A stretch of 64,000 nucleotides of DNA from Eledone cirrhosa (GCA_964016885.1 OZ024741.1:325562001-325626000); one strand, 5' to 3'. Shown: positions 1-13,250, numbered from the stretch's first letter. Notes: generated by a model from the sequence alone, not told the origin. Numbers and translations are program-made.

Positions 1-284
1 TGATTATTTAATTTATTAATTCTTCATAGAGCGACAAAGTGACCGGTTGCAACATATATCTATAACTTTATGTATATGTAAACCTTTATATTTAATAATC
101 TCCCGTTAGGTTAAGATACAATTTGGCGATATTTGGCTGCGCTTTCTAGCAACAAGCCTACCCGCCGTAAGCAACCAATCACATTATTTCTAACTTGACC
201 ACTGCCAGATTGCGGTTCTTAGCCAGTTTTGAATCTAATTTTGGCGCGATCACTTTGGAAAACTAAGTGTCTAATTTTGAGTTT

Positions 285-362
285 GTCTCCTGATGAATCC
301 GAACTCTGGGCAGTTCCTATTAATTGGATGTCTAAAAATACGGATGAAACCATGGTAGAGAT
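285..362 (+). ncRNA. Minimal type I hammerhead ribozyme
   Basis: GTCTC (stem I)-CTGATGA-ATCCG...CGGAT (stem II)-GAAA-CCATGG (palindromic stem III)-TA-GAGAT (stem I'). Confidence 0.85.
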
Positions 363-940
363 ATAATTACGGTATGTACACATTTCTTCTAAGTTTGAAT
401 TTACACCTAATTGTGTATGGTTGATGGTATATTTAGTCAGTTTCTACATGCTGTCGAAATGTTGGATAAATACTCTATTGGAGCCACCGCGAAGAGGCCA
501 CTTTCGGTTATTTGTCGGAGATTTCTTCATAAGAGCCTTTATTCTTATAGCTTGGTCTAATTGATTTTTTTATGGTTCATTATGCTGATTGGGAGAGGAA
601 ATGGTATATATTTTATCTAATAATTCTAAAGACATGATTTCTGATATATTGCTCTGATTATTTAATTTATTAATTCTTCATAGGGCCACAAAGTGACCGG
701 TTGCAACATATATACCTATAACTTTATGTATATGTAAACCTTTATATTTAATAATCTCCCGTTAGGTTGAGATATCATTTGGCGATATTTGGCTGCGCTT
801 TCTAGCAACAAGCCTACCCGCCGTAAGCAACCAATCACATTATTTCTAACTTGACCACTGCCAGATTACGGTTCTTAGCCATTTTTGAATCTAATTTTGG
901 CGCGATCACTTTGGAAAACTAAGTGTCTAATTTTGAGTTT

Positions 941-1018
941 GTCTCCTGATGAATCCGAACTCTGGGCAGTTCCTATTAATTGGATGTCTAAAAATACGGA
1001 TGAAACCATGGTAGAGAT
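941..1018 (+). ncRNA. Minimal type I hammerhead ribozyme (second repeat unit)
   Basis: Same sequence as 285-362. Confidence 0.85.
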
Positions 1019-1479
1019 ATAATTACGGTATGTACACATTTCTTCTAAGTTTAAATTTACACCTAGTTGTGTATGGTTGATGGTATATTTAGTCAGTTTC
1101 TACATGCTATCGAAATGTTGGATAAATACTCTATTGGGGCCACCGCGAAGAGGCCACTTTCCGTTATTTGTCGGAGATTTCTTCATAAGAGCCTTTATTC
1201 TTATAGCTTGGTCTAATTGATTTTTTATATGGATTAATTGTGCTGATTGGGAGAGGAAATGGTATATATTTTACCTAATAATTCTAAAGACATGATTTAT
1301 GATATATTGCTCTAATTATTTAATTTATTAATTCTTCATAGAGCCACAAAGTGACCGGTTGCAACATATATATCTATAACTTTATGTATATGTAAACCTT
1401 TATATATATATATATATATATATATAAATTTCGCTCTACATGGCTGAATACAAGAAATGTAATCTGAGTTTTTCGAATA

Positions 1480-4400
1480 TCTATATATATAAAACTGAGG
1501 ATGTCTGTCTGTGTGTGTGTGTGAGTTTGAATCCCTAAAACTAGAGAAGCACTCAACTGACTGTTTTCAAACTTTACACATGTAACACTTATGTTTCAGC
1601 GAGTGTTATGAGCAAAAGAATCTCAAATGTTCAATGCCCTAGGGATCGCATTAGGCGATTTAGCGATCTCTCCCTATAATTCTTAGTCTTTCTCTTTTTA
1701 GATAGGTACATACATATAACGTCACGCCCTTATAATATCCGTCTCTATGTCTGGCTGTCTGCATTACGCCACTTCCCACAATTCCATATGCGTCCAGGAC
1801 GCACCCTTATAATATCTGTCTGTATGTCTGGCTGTCTGCTTCCTCCGGTTATTCTGCCACTCTTGCTCAAGTCAAATCTCACACTCATTCCCCAAACAGT
1901 TGCTAAGTGCACACAACTTTTACCTCACGTTTTAAGCCACAGTGTTGCTTACTTACATAACACCAGACCCTTACTTCTTTGCCAGCCGTGGTTGTGGCAA
2001 TACTAACTTTATAATATCCGTCTCTATGTCTGGCTGTCTGCTACCTCCGGTTATTCTGCCACCCTTGCTCAAGACAAATCTCATACTCATTCCCCAAACA
2101 GTTGGTAAATGCACACAACTTATGCAATTTTATGCGAATTACTTAATGAAAGCCGGTAACTATGTTTTAGTCAGTCTCTTCTACATACCGTGAGCAAAGA
2201 AAATCCAAATTTTAGTATTCTGAGCAAAAAAAATCTCAAATTTTCAATGCCCCACGGACCGCATTAGGCGATTTAGCGATCTCTCTCTGTAATTCTTAGT
2301 CTTTCTCTTTTTAGATAGATACATACATATAACGTCGCGCCCTTATAATATCTGTCTGTATGTCTGGCTGTCTGCTGCCTCCGGTTATTCTGCCACCCTT
2401 GAATTTTCACAGTGTTGCAATTTTATGCGAATTACTTAAGAAATAAAGTATTGTATATTATTTTGGTGTGTAAATTTTATACTTTGTAAGAATTATAAAT
2501 AACTAGCAGAAAAACCAACAACCCTATGACACCTGTTGCTCTGCCACCCCTGCTGAAGGTCAAATCTACCACTCATTAAACAGACATTTGGTAAGCGCAC
2601 ACAGTTTCTCTCTCCAGTTTTCACCTGATGCACGTAGGCGCTAATGCCTACACTTTTTTTACAGTGTTGCCCACAATCGTATCATTGACCTTTACTTCTT
2701 TTTTGGCCTCCGTTGTCGCAACGTTAAGCTTACTGTCATCCCAATACCCCGAGGGTAGTTAAGCAAGTTGCCTTGCCTTTACGTCACATACCAGTAGACA
2801 AATCCATAGACACCTAATGCAATTCACTTACAAGTTAGCCCTTGCTCTAGGAGTGAGTCTCACTGCCCTTCCTCCTAATTTTAGGACATGTCTCGAACGA
2901 AGAGATACTCCATCGGACGAAAAACTGCGAAAGCTGCAATATCAAGGGCAAGGCGGGCAAACGAATCATCAGAGGATTCTACTATCCGACGGTCACAAGC
3001 TGCTGAACGTGTTGCCGTAAAAAGAGCACTCGAAACAGACGACCAACGAACCGCTCGCCGAACAACTATTGCCGTTTTGACTGCTACTGCAAGAGCTGCA
3101 GAGACTGAACACCAGCTTCGAAGCTGCCATACCGTTAACGCGGCGTCAACAGATGCTGCAAGAGTTGCAGAGACTGAACACCAGCGTCAAAACCGCCATA
3201 CCGCTAACGCCGCGTCAACGTCTGCTGCAAGAAATGCCATGTGGAACTCCATTTCACCTGGCACCAACCTTTAGATTATCAGAAGCCTACAAGACTTTTT
3301 GCACACATACAACAGGTATGTCATCAGCTTCAAGCACGCATTTGAAGCAGCTCCTGCATCAAATTTCAATGTCGTAATTGATGCCTCGAATAGACCTTCT
3401 GGCGAACATTCGGGCCGCTACAATTTACCTGCGTGCAACGAAATAGCTGTACTTCTTCACGGTCATCAGCACCACCCTCGAGACAGTGTTTTACGGCGGC
3501 GAGACAACATCCTCCAACGTATAAGCGAAACGCACAGGTCTTATGACGCTCTTCAATATCCACTGCTGTTTGTGAAAGGAGAGGACGGCTACCGATTTGG
3601 TATTCCTCAGGATAATCCCGAACATCCTGGGCGTTCAACCAATAAAACTGTTCCTGCATGTGTTTCTACTCTTACCGCTTCATGTTACCCCGCAATTCAT
3701 TCAACCACCTGCACCAATCAAGAGACCTCTTTCAGCAATTCGCCGTCGACATGTGTGCGACAATGGAATCGGAAAGGTTGTGCTTTATCCGGTCACACCA
3801 GAGGCAATTGCGGTCTGAGAGCTACATCCACTTCCGAGATGCCCTCACCAATGATGCATCGCCAGTCAGCATAGGAAAACTCTGCATCCTTCCATCAACT
3901 TTCACCGGAAGTCCGCGCTACATGCACGAGAAGACGCAATATGCCATGACTTACGTTCGGCATTACGGCAGCCCGACCTGTTCATCACTTTCACTTGCAA
4001 TCCTAAGTGGAAGGAGATTGCTGCAGAACTGTTCCAAGGGCAACAGGCCAAATAGAATAGAAGCATGACCTCCTGGCCAGAGTCTTTCGGCTGAAGCTTA
4101 TCAAGCTGATGGAGCTCATCAAGAGAGGACAAGTCTTCGGAGCAGTTATATGCGACATGTGCACCGTCGAGTGGCAGAAGAGGGGCCTACCACATGCCCA
4201 TATCCTCATCTGGCTGTCTGCAAGGATATCTCCAAACGACATTGACAAGGTCATCTCCTCTGAGCTTCCCGATCTGTCTGTGGACAAAGACTTCTACGAA
4301 ATAGTGAAGGCAAACATTGTCCATGGTCCATGTGGGCGTGGTTTCAATTTGAGCTCACCTTGCCTGAACAACAATGTCTGCAGCAAAAGGTTTCCCCGAA

Positions 4401-7400
4401 AGTTCCTTAAAGACGGATACCCATTGTACAGACGACAGCAACCCAGAGACGGTGGTTTCACAACGACAGTTGTACAGCACGAGGTCGACAACCGATGGAT
4501 AGTGCCCTACTGCCCACTTCTTTCGAAGACCTTCGGTGCCCACATCAACGTGGAATTCTGTAGGTCCGTCAAGTCCATCAAATACATCTGCAACTACGTG
4601 AATAAAGTTCAGACGCTGCTATGTTCGGTCTACAGCAGGACAACAGACGTGATGAGGTCTCGCAATACCAAGTTGGCCGTTACATCAGTAGCAACGAGGC
4701 TTTCTGGCGGAATTTTGGCTTCCCAATACACCAAAGGCACGCTGCTATTTTACAGTTCGCGGTTCACCTTCCGAATGGTCAAAGGGTTTACTTCACCGAC
4801 GCTAATGCTGCCCAAATGGTGGAGGACTCACGAAAAACAACCCTCACTGGAATTTTGAAACTGTGTCGGACCGACTCTTTTGCACAGACTCTGCTTTACC
4901 CCCAGGTGCCGTCCTACTACACATGAAATAAGCAGCAATGGGTGCGCATAAAGGCAGGTCAACCTGTTGAAGGACATCCCGGCATAAAGTTTGACAGTTG
5001 CCTTGGGAGGGTTTACACTGTGCACCCGAACCAGCACGAGGGCCTCTACCTTCGCCTTTTGCATCACGAGGTAAGAGGACCCCTATCTTTTCACGACCTC
5101 CGAACTTTTGACGGCTGCGTGTGCGGCACTTACAGGGAAGCCTGCTTCAAGTGCGGCCTGCTGGAAGACGGTGCGCAGTGGAAAGCGACTTTGTTCGAAG
5201 CCGTTGCATTTCAATCGCCTATGCGTTTACGAGCTCTATTTGCAGTAATGCTGCAAACTTGCGAACTAAGCAATGTCTTTGTGGCTGCAGTTCAAAGAAG
5301 ACTTATCCGAGGACTACAAACGCCGGGCGCAATTGCAATACCCTCAAATGGAACGAACCAGCGATGAGGTCTTCAATTGTGCTTTGATTGACATTGAGGA
5401 CAGAGTTGCATCACTCGGTGGAAATTATTTGCCGTCATATGGTCTGTCCCAAGCACTCCGTACCGGGTCAAACGTACTTCCTACAGCTCTTCTTCGGGAA
5501 ACATCCTACGGCGTCGATGACCTTGCCAAGTGCGCCCGTGAAACTGAACCAAAACTTCTTCCGGATCAACGTCGTGTTTACACAATTGTTTCTGACCATG
5601 TGCGCCAAAGAAAAGGCGGTATGTCCTTTCTGGATGCTCCTGGAGGGACGGGCAAAACATTTTTAACAAGGCTTCTCCTTGCAAAAGTCAGGATGCACAA
5701 TGACATTCCGGTTGCTGTGGCCTCTTCGGGGATTGCTGAAACTTTGCTACCCAATGGCAGGACTGCACACTCCATTTTTAAATTGCTCCTCAATTTAACA
5801 AAGTTAGAAACACCCACTTGCAGCATCAGCAGGAATTCCGACCAGGGCCAGGTCCTGAAACGGTGTCAACTCATTGTCTGGGATGAGTGCACCATGCCGC
5901 ACAGAGGAGCTCTTGACGCATTGAACACAACCCTCCAGGATATCAGAGGCTGCCAGGATCCGATGGGAGATGTTACGCTTCTGCTTTCGGGCGACTTCAG
6001 GCAGACCTTCCCTGTAATTCCCAAAGGTACACGAGCTGACGAGGTCCAAGCATGTCTGAAGTCATCTCCCCTATGGCGCCATGTCAGGAAACTGACACTT
6101 ACAACCAATATGAGGGCTCAATTGCACGGTGACCAAACGTCTGCTGACTTTGCACGGGACATTCTGAAGCTTGGCGACGGCAACATGCCTCTTGACGCTG
6201 AAGGCGAACTGGAAGTGTGGCCATTTGTGACTTCTGTTAATTCTGTTAATTCTGTGGCAGAGCTCAAAGATAAAGTGTTTCCGGATTTGCAACACCATTT
6301 CCAGGACCACACATGGTTGTGCGAAAGAGCAGTGCTTGCTCCAAAAAACGCCACTGTTAACAATTCCAACGACCTGCTACTGGATTCCCTTCCTGGTGCT
6401 CTTCGCAACTACAAGTCTGTTGACACGATGTCCGATCCAAATGAAGTGGTGAACTTTCCACCAGAATTCCTAAACTCCTTACAGCCTCCGGGACTACCGC
6501 TCCACATACTACACCTTAAAGTAGGGACTCCTGTTATGTTGCTGCGGAATTTGGAGCCACCGAGGCTGTGCAATGGAACACGCCTGGCTGTAAAGAAAAC
6601 GACGGACCATGTTATCGAGGCAACAATACTCTATGGGCGCGGAAAAGGCGACGATGTCCTCATTCCGAGAATTCCTCTTACTCCCTCGGGAGCCGAAATT
6701 CCGTTTACCTTCAGAAGACTGCAATTCCCGCTTCGGGTCAGTTTTCCCATGTCCATTAAAAAGTCCCAGGGTCAAACTCTTTCTGTGACCGGATCTCTAC
6801 TGGAGGAGCTCTGTTTCTCCCACGGACAATTGTACCTTGGGTGCACTAGAGTTGGGAGCAGGGAGAGGCTTTTTGCATTTGCACGCCGAGGGAAAACAAG
6901 GAACATTGTTTACAACGAGGTGTTATAAATGCAACAGCGACAAGGTAGGTTCATTATTGCCCTTTCTTAAACCAATCTGGTCGCAATTCGTACGGGTTAC
7001 TAACTGAAATGTCCTTTTTCTACGGTTTAAGATGAACCCTTCAGCTAAGAACCATCCCCTTGACAATTGGTGCGGAAATGTAAGGTCGTTAAGCAGATCG
7101 TTGTTCGTTGGGTGCTCTAGACTTGGCAGCTGGGAGAGTCTTCTTGCATTTGCACAAGAACGAGGTAGGTTCGTTATCAACATTTCTTTAGGCAATCTGG
7201 TTGCGATTCATACGGCCTATTACCTGAAATACATTTTCCCTCGGATTCAGGTGACTACCTTCAGAGATGGACCTTCCGCTTCGCACTCGACGCGTCAATG
7301 TATGGCTGTTAAACGGACCACGAACGCATTCTGATTCATTCTAAAGGCTACCAGTGGAACAACCGTAACACCCTCCTTCAAATGTCAGAGAACGCAGTCA

Positions 7401-8462
7401 AAGTCACAATTAAGGGCTACAAGTGAACGCTCACATGGCCCCTTTTAGGGCCACCACTTGAAATTGTTGATGGTTACCCCTCCTTACTGGGGTGTCAGTG
7501 AACGGCTTACAAGGCCCTTTTAAAGGGCTCTTGAAATAGCTGATGGCGACACTTTCGTTTACGGCTGCCAGTGAACGCGCACACGCTTCGGGGCCCATTT
7601 TATTGCCCCATTCCTCTTTAAATTTGTTAAATTATGCCCACAGTTTGGTAAACGTTTGTCCAGTTGCGTTTACTTACTAAGGTGCGCTGGACTCCTTCGA
7701 GAAGGCTCCACATGTTGTCCGATTGCACGTTATGCATTGCTCAAGCATTGCAGATTTCCCTCTGACATAAGTGGTGACATCTGTCCTGCTGACTCATGCC
7801 ACTTTATTAAAGTACAAAGCACCAAGCCGAAATTCTCCACGCGGAAGGAGAAGTATACCTAATACTAATTGCATCAGAGTATTCGGTTTATTTTCTTTAC
7901 ATATTGTCCAGGCATGCAGTTTTCCACGATTAGGTCTGTTTCAGGGAGTGTTATGCACATAAAAAAATTTACTTTTTGATCCCCTAGGAATTAGGTGAAA
8001 CACTACGTTTTTTCAGCTTTTTAGGGGTATTTTTGAGGCGTTACGTCAGACCGATTTCCTTGGAATTGTAATTATGTATTAGTCAGTCTCTTCTTCATAT
8101 CGTGAGCAAAGAAAATCCAATTTTTTTTATGGCTTAGGGCCAGCATTAGGTGAAAAACTTTATTTTTTCAGCTTATTAGGGCTTTTTTTAGGCGTTACGT
8201 CTAGCCGATTTTCTAGAAATTTCAAGGCATATTATGAACATAAAAAAAATTCATTTTCTTGGTGCTCTAAGACCTACATTAGGTGAAAACCTAAATTTTT
8301 CCTGCTTCGTCGGGGAAAATCTTAAAGATTATCCCGCCATCAGAGTATTCGGTTTATTTTCTTAACATACTGTCGAGGCATGCAGTTTTTCCACGATTAG
8401 GTTTGTTGGCGGCCCGCGTTCCAAAATACCTTATCCCGTGCAACGCTGGGTACCACTGCTAG
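1480..8462 (+). mobile_element. Full-length Helitron (6983 bp), coding region decayed
   Basis: 5' TCTATATATATAAAA; 3' hairpin CCCGTGCAACGCTGGG (8435-8450) followed by CTAG; inserted between A1479 and T8463 without TSD; Rep/helicase fragments inside. Confidence 0.93.
2888..6928 (+). pseudogene. Helitron RepHel (HUH Rep plus PIF1-family helicase), frameshifted into several ORFs
   Basis: VEWQKRGLPHAHILIWL (HUH motif), KYICNYVNK (catalytic Tyr motif), FLDAPGGTGKTFL (Walker A), IVWDECTM, LSGDFRQ, LQFPLRVSFPMSIKKSQGQTL; the 551-aa helicase ORF 5273-6928 is open. Confidence 0.92.
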
Positions 8463-8993
8463 TTAATAATAATATTCGATTCGTTTACAATCATGAAAAC
8501 AAGCCTCATTTTTAAAGCCATGTCAGTAGAATGAACCCCCATTCTTGCTCTTGTGTTGGCATGTAAATAGAACTGCAGACACTAATGTTTCTGGGTATTA
8601 CCCTTCATCAGTACAGTTCACTATTTACCTGCCAACTGTCAGAGCTAGAGAAATTATATGATATTTTCTAAAATATACAGTGACTGACTGACCTGATTTG
8701 CATATTATCAGACTGGCTAATCAGTCAGATCTGAATATTCTACTGTGGTTTTAAAAATGAGGCTTCTTTGCATAATTGCAAACGAATCGAACATTATTAT
8801 TAATATTCGAAAAACTCAGATTACATTTATTGTATTCAGCCATGTAGAGCGGAATTTTTTTATTTTTATTTGAATATGGCAAAGCCGGCCTTTTATCGCT
8901 CGTATACAGGAAACTGACTGGCCAGTCTGCTGATCAGTGGATCTGGTAATATGCAGATCTGACTGATTAGCCAGTCTGCTATCATGCAAAATT

Positions 8994-9395
<402 letters not shown>

Positions 9396-9396
9396 A

Positions 9397-10917
9397 TGGA
9401 AAATTTGAACAGGAACAAAACAGAGAGGCAGTACAACGAATGTTTATTAATTTCACGCTCTTGAGAGTGGGGTGGTGGTGGGGAACGACGTTTCGGGCAT
9501 AAGCCCTTCTTCAGGTGAAAAGTGTGTGGGAAGAGAGTTCAAAGGGTGTGTAGGGGAGTGGTGGAGAGACATATAGCGAAAAGGGGGTGGGAGGAAACGG
9601 TGCGAATGAAATTAAAAATAAAAGCATGATCAAAATAAAATAAAATTAAAATGGGGTAAAACAGGTGGTGGAAGGGTGTGGGGCGTGTAGGGGTGGTGGC
9701 GGGTGGAGTGGGGAGAGGGTCACTGGGTGTCCGAGCGGGGAGGGCTGAAGGTGGTGTGTGTGTGTAGGTGTACGTGTGTGTGTGTGTGTGTGTATGTGAA
9801 AGCAAGGGTTGGGGGAAGAACGGGGTTGCATATTCAGGAAGAGGTGTGTGTGGGGTGGGGTGTAGGTCGGAGTGTCTGTGCGTGTGTGGATAGAGGGATG
9901 GGGGGAGAGGAATCCGGAGGCTGAAGGTGTAAATATGTGGTGGAAAGCACGTGTGTGTGGGGTTTAAGTGTGTTGTGGGTGTAGGTGGCGTGTGGGAAAA
10001 CAATTTTTTGGGGTGTGTGTGTGGGTGAGTTATAAAGGTGATTCCCTAAGAAGATGTGGTTGAATGGTTGGTAAACTCCTAGGATGGTAGTTGATTCCGC
10101 GGTCAAGATCCACATACGAGTAATCCGTGAAGAGATGGTCGGAAGAGGGGAGATGTGGGGTGCGCGCGCAACAGGAAGTGGTCAAGGCAGTAAGAGTGCT
10201 GTGTGTCTGTGTGTGCTGAGAGGTGGTCAGAGGGCATAACAGTAGTAGGGTGGAATGGTAAAGGGGCGAGGATGGGTAGGTGTGAAAGTTGGAGTGAGGA
10301 GGGTGTGTGTGTGTATTAGTAGAGGTGTTAGTGGGATGAGTGAGTGTTGGAGAAAGGGTGTGGGTGGAGCGGGGAGAGAAGGGTGTAGGGGTCGATGGAG
10401 GGAGTGTGGTGTACTGGTGTGTGTGTAGTTTGATGAAGGGGGTGTTAGTGATGTTAGTTGCGGGGTGGTGGATGGATGTGTGGGGGTGAGGGTTAGTGGT
10501 GGTAGTAGGATGTGTGTTTAGTGTGAGCGCGTGTATATATGTGCCGGTGGGTGTGTGCGTGTGATAAGGAGGGGGGAGGAGAAGAAGGGAGGGATGTTAG
10601 TATGTTAGTTGGGGAAGGGTGGTCGGATGAGGGGTGGAGTGGAGGTGTTAGTATTGTTAGTTGTGTGGTGGGCGGTGAAAAGGAGGGGTGTGTTAGTGGT
10701 GTTAGTGGGGGATATGTGTGGGGGGAGGGGGGCAGTCGAAGGCTAAAGGAATAAGGGTGGGGAGTTCAGGCCGGGGGGGAGTGTGGGTCTGTAAGATGAA
10801 GATGGTTCTTTGTTCAGCTCTGAGGAGATTGGCGGGTGTTCCGTGGCATTGGAGTAGGCCACAGACTGTGAGATGGCGTGCGGAATGTCCAGGGGCACCA
10901 AAGTGGCGGGCGATGGA
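9397..10917 (-). mobile_element. 5'-truncated Penelope-like element (end of GIY-YIG domain, long CA-rich 3' region, HHR); left arm of a palindrome
   Basis: Peptide IARHFGAPGHSARHLTVCGLLQC...EQRTIFILQT and frameshifted PPGLN match PLE endonuclease C-termini; HHR then AATAAA near the 3' end. Confidence 0.8.
9481..9520 (-). ncRNA. Minimal hammerhead ribozyme (CUGAAGA core variant)
   Basis: Minus strand CTGAAGA-A-GGGC-TTAT-GCCC-GAAAC-GTC; stem I poorly paired. Confidence 0.65.
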
Positions 10918-10933
10918 TATATATATATATATA

Positions 10934-11808
10934 TCCATCGCCCGCCACTTTGGTGCCCCTGGACATTCCGCACGCCATCTCACAGTCTGTGGCCTACTCC
11001 AATGCCACGGAACACCCGCCAATCTCCTCAGAGCTGAACAAAGAACCATCTTCATCTTACAGACCCACACTCCCCCCCGGCCTGAACTCCCCACCCTTAT
11101 TCCTTTAGCCTTCGACTGCCCCCCTCCCCCCACATATATCCCCCACTAACACCACTAACACACCCCTCCTTTTCACCGCCCACCACACAACTAACAATAC
11201 TAACACCTCCACTCCACCCCTCATCCGACCACCCTTCCCCAACTAACATACTACACCCTTCTCTCCCCGCTCCACCCACACCCTTTCTCCAACACTCACT
11301 CATCCCACTAACACCTCTACTAATACACACACACACCCTCCTCACTCCAACTTTCACACCTACCCATCCTCGCCCCTTTACCATTCCACCCTACTACTGC
11401 TATGCCCTCTGACCACCTCCCAGCACACACAGACACACAGCACTCTTACTGCCTTGACCACTTCCTGTTGCGCGCGCACCCCACATCTCCCCTCTTCCGA
11501 CCATCTCTTCACGGATTACTCGTATGTGGATCTTGACCGCGGAATCAACTACCATCCTAGGAGTTTACCAACCATTCAACCACATCTTCTTAGGGAATCA
11601 CCTTTATAACTCACCCACACACACACCCCAAAAAATTGTTTTCCCACACGCCACCTACACCCACAACACACTTAAACCCCACACACACGTGCTTTCCACC
11701 ACATATTTACACCTTCAGCCTCCGGATTCCTCTCCCCCCACCCCTCTATCCACACACGCACAGACACTCCGACCTACACCCCACCCCACACACACCTCTT
11801 CCTGAATA

Positions 11809-11812
<4 letters not shown>
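10934..11812 (+). mobile_element. Inverted copy of the same PLE fragment (right arm), with a 212-bp internal deletion, ending in (TA)n
   Basis: Reverse complement of 9828-10917; mirror-image ORFs 10702..11133(-) and 10718..11149(+); segment 10389-10600 is missing. Confidence 0.9.
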
Positions 11813-11894
<82 letters not shown>

Positions 11895-11966
11895 CAAATA
11901 CGAGGAGTAGCTTTTCTTTTAGACGTGCTGTGGCAAACAAGTGAAATCATTATTAAAGACTGATTA

Positions 11967-12335
11967 AGGCGGTTGACTGGTGGAATCGGTAAAGCATCGG
12001 GCAAAATACACTGTGATATTTAGTTTTGGCTCTTTACGCTGTGATTTCAAATCCCACCGAGGTCACCTTTTCTTTTCTTCCTTCCAAGGCCGATGAAATA
12101 AAGTACCTGTTAAGTACTAACGAGAGAAATAATGGTTTCCGATATAGGCACAAAGACAACAATTTTGGATCATTTCGAATATCGATTAAGTTTACCCCAG
12201 TGCATTACTGGTACTTTATTCTATCGACTCCGTAAGGATGAAAGGCAAAAAGCTAACCTCGGTAGGATTTGAATTCAGAACGTAAAAGGCCGTAATTACA
12301 TGCCGCAAAACATGTTGTTCGATGCTGTAACAGTC
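11967..12335. mobile_element. Two diverged tRNA-derived SINE copies, tail to tail (+ 11967-~12115; - ~12130-12335)
   Basis: B-box-like TTCAAATCC and the family core GCCTTTCATCCTTACGG.GTCGATA..ATAAAGTACCAG. Confidence 0.7.
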
Positions 12336-12454
12336 CTCCATTAAAAGACGACTATATAATAGCCGGCTATTTATTTACCACGCTAAATATTCTAAATTAG
12401 TCCAGCAATAGCCGTCGAAACGGCTTGAGCTCTGCCGTTGGGGTTAAACATTTT

Positions 12455-12456
<2 letters not shown>

Positions 12457-12524
<68 letters not shown>

Positions 12525-12769
12525 ATATATATACAGGGGCCGGCCGTCGAGGAAATAACGCCAAGCGTTCGGCTGGCCCCCTCTATCATGAAAAGAAAAT
12601 CTTTTTTCAGGGAAATTAATAGATTTTTCCAAATTTAAAAGCTTCGTAGGAACTTTCTATGTTTATCTTAGGTTTTTACGCCTGAAGAGTTTAGGCTACC
12701 ATAATTGATATGTAATAACGGAATTTTAAATAAACCTGAATCTACTGAATATGGCCTCTGACTTTTTAT

Positions 12770-12821
<52 letters not shown>

Positions 12822-12861
12822 GTATACGTATATATAGATATATACATATGTATATGTATAT

Positions 12862-12899
<38 letters not shown>

Positions 12900-12911
12900 C
12901 TATATCTACAC

Positions 12912-12977
<66 letters not shown>

Positions 12978-13068
12978 GTATACGTATATATAGATATATA
13001 CATATGTATATGTATATATATGTGTATATATATATATATATGTATATATATATCTATATCTACACCCA

Positions 13069-13158
<90 letters not shown>

Positions 13159-13160
13159 TA

Positions 13161-13215
<55 letters not shown>

Positions 13216-13250
13216 CTACACCCATCCACATTAAATTTATAAATATATAT
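12457..13250. repeat. (TA)n-rich region with a ~155-160-bp higher-order unit in 12817-13225
   Basis: TATATCTACACCCA occurs three times and AAATGTATACGTATATATAGATATATAC twice between TA runs. Confidence 0.85.

Larger units (their letters stand above)
1..1402 (+). repeat. Tandem repeat of a ~656-bp non-coding unit (2 full units plus a partial; may extend left of the window), one hammerhead ribozyme per unit; retrozyme-like or PLE pseudo-LTR array
   Basis: ATTATTTAATTTATTAATTCTTCATAG recurs at ~3, ~658 and ~1316; HHR cores lie exactly 656 bp apart; units differ by few substitutions; no ORF; array ends in (TA)n. Confidence 0.9.
1426..8857. mobile_element. Fold-back (MITE-like) element split by the Helitron; left arm 1426-1479 plus 8463-~8531, right arm ~8736-8857
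   Basis: CGCTCTACATGGCTGAATAC...TTTTCGAATA|TTAATAATAATATTCGATTCGTTT is the reverse complement of ~8780-8851. Confidence 0.7.

Noticed and set aside
10702-11149. Two nearly identical 143-aa ORFs on opposite strands
   Set aside because: A consequence of the palindrome; only the half after the TA centre is a real PLE remnant
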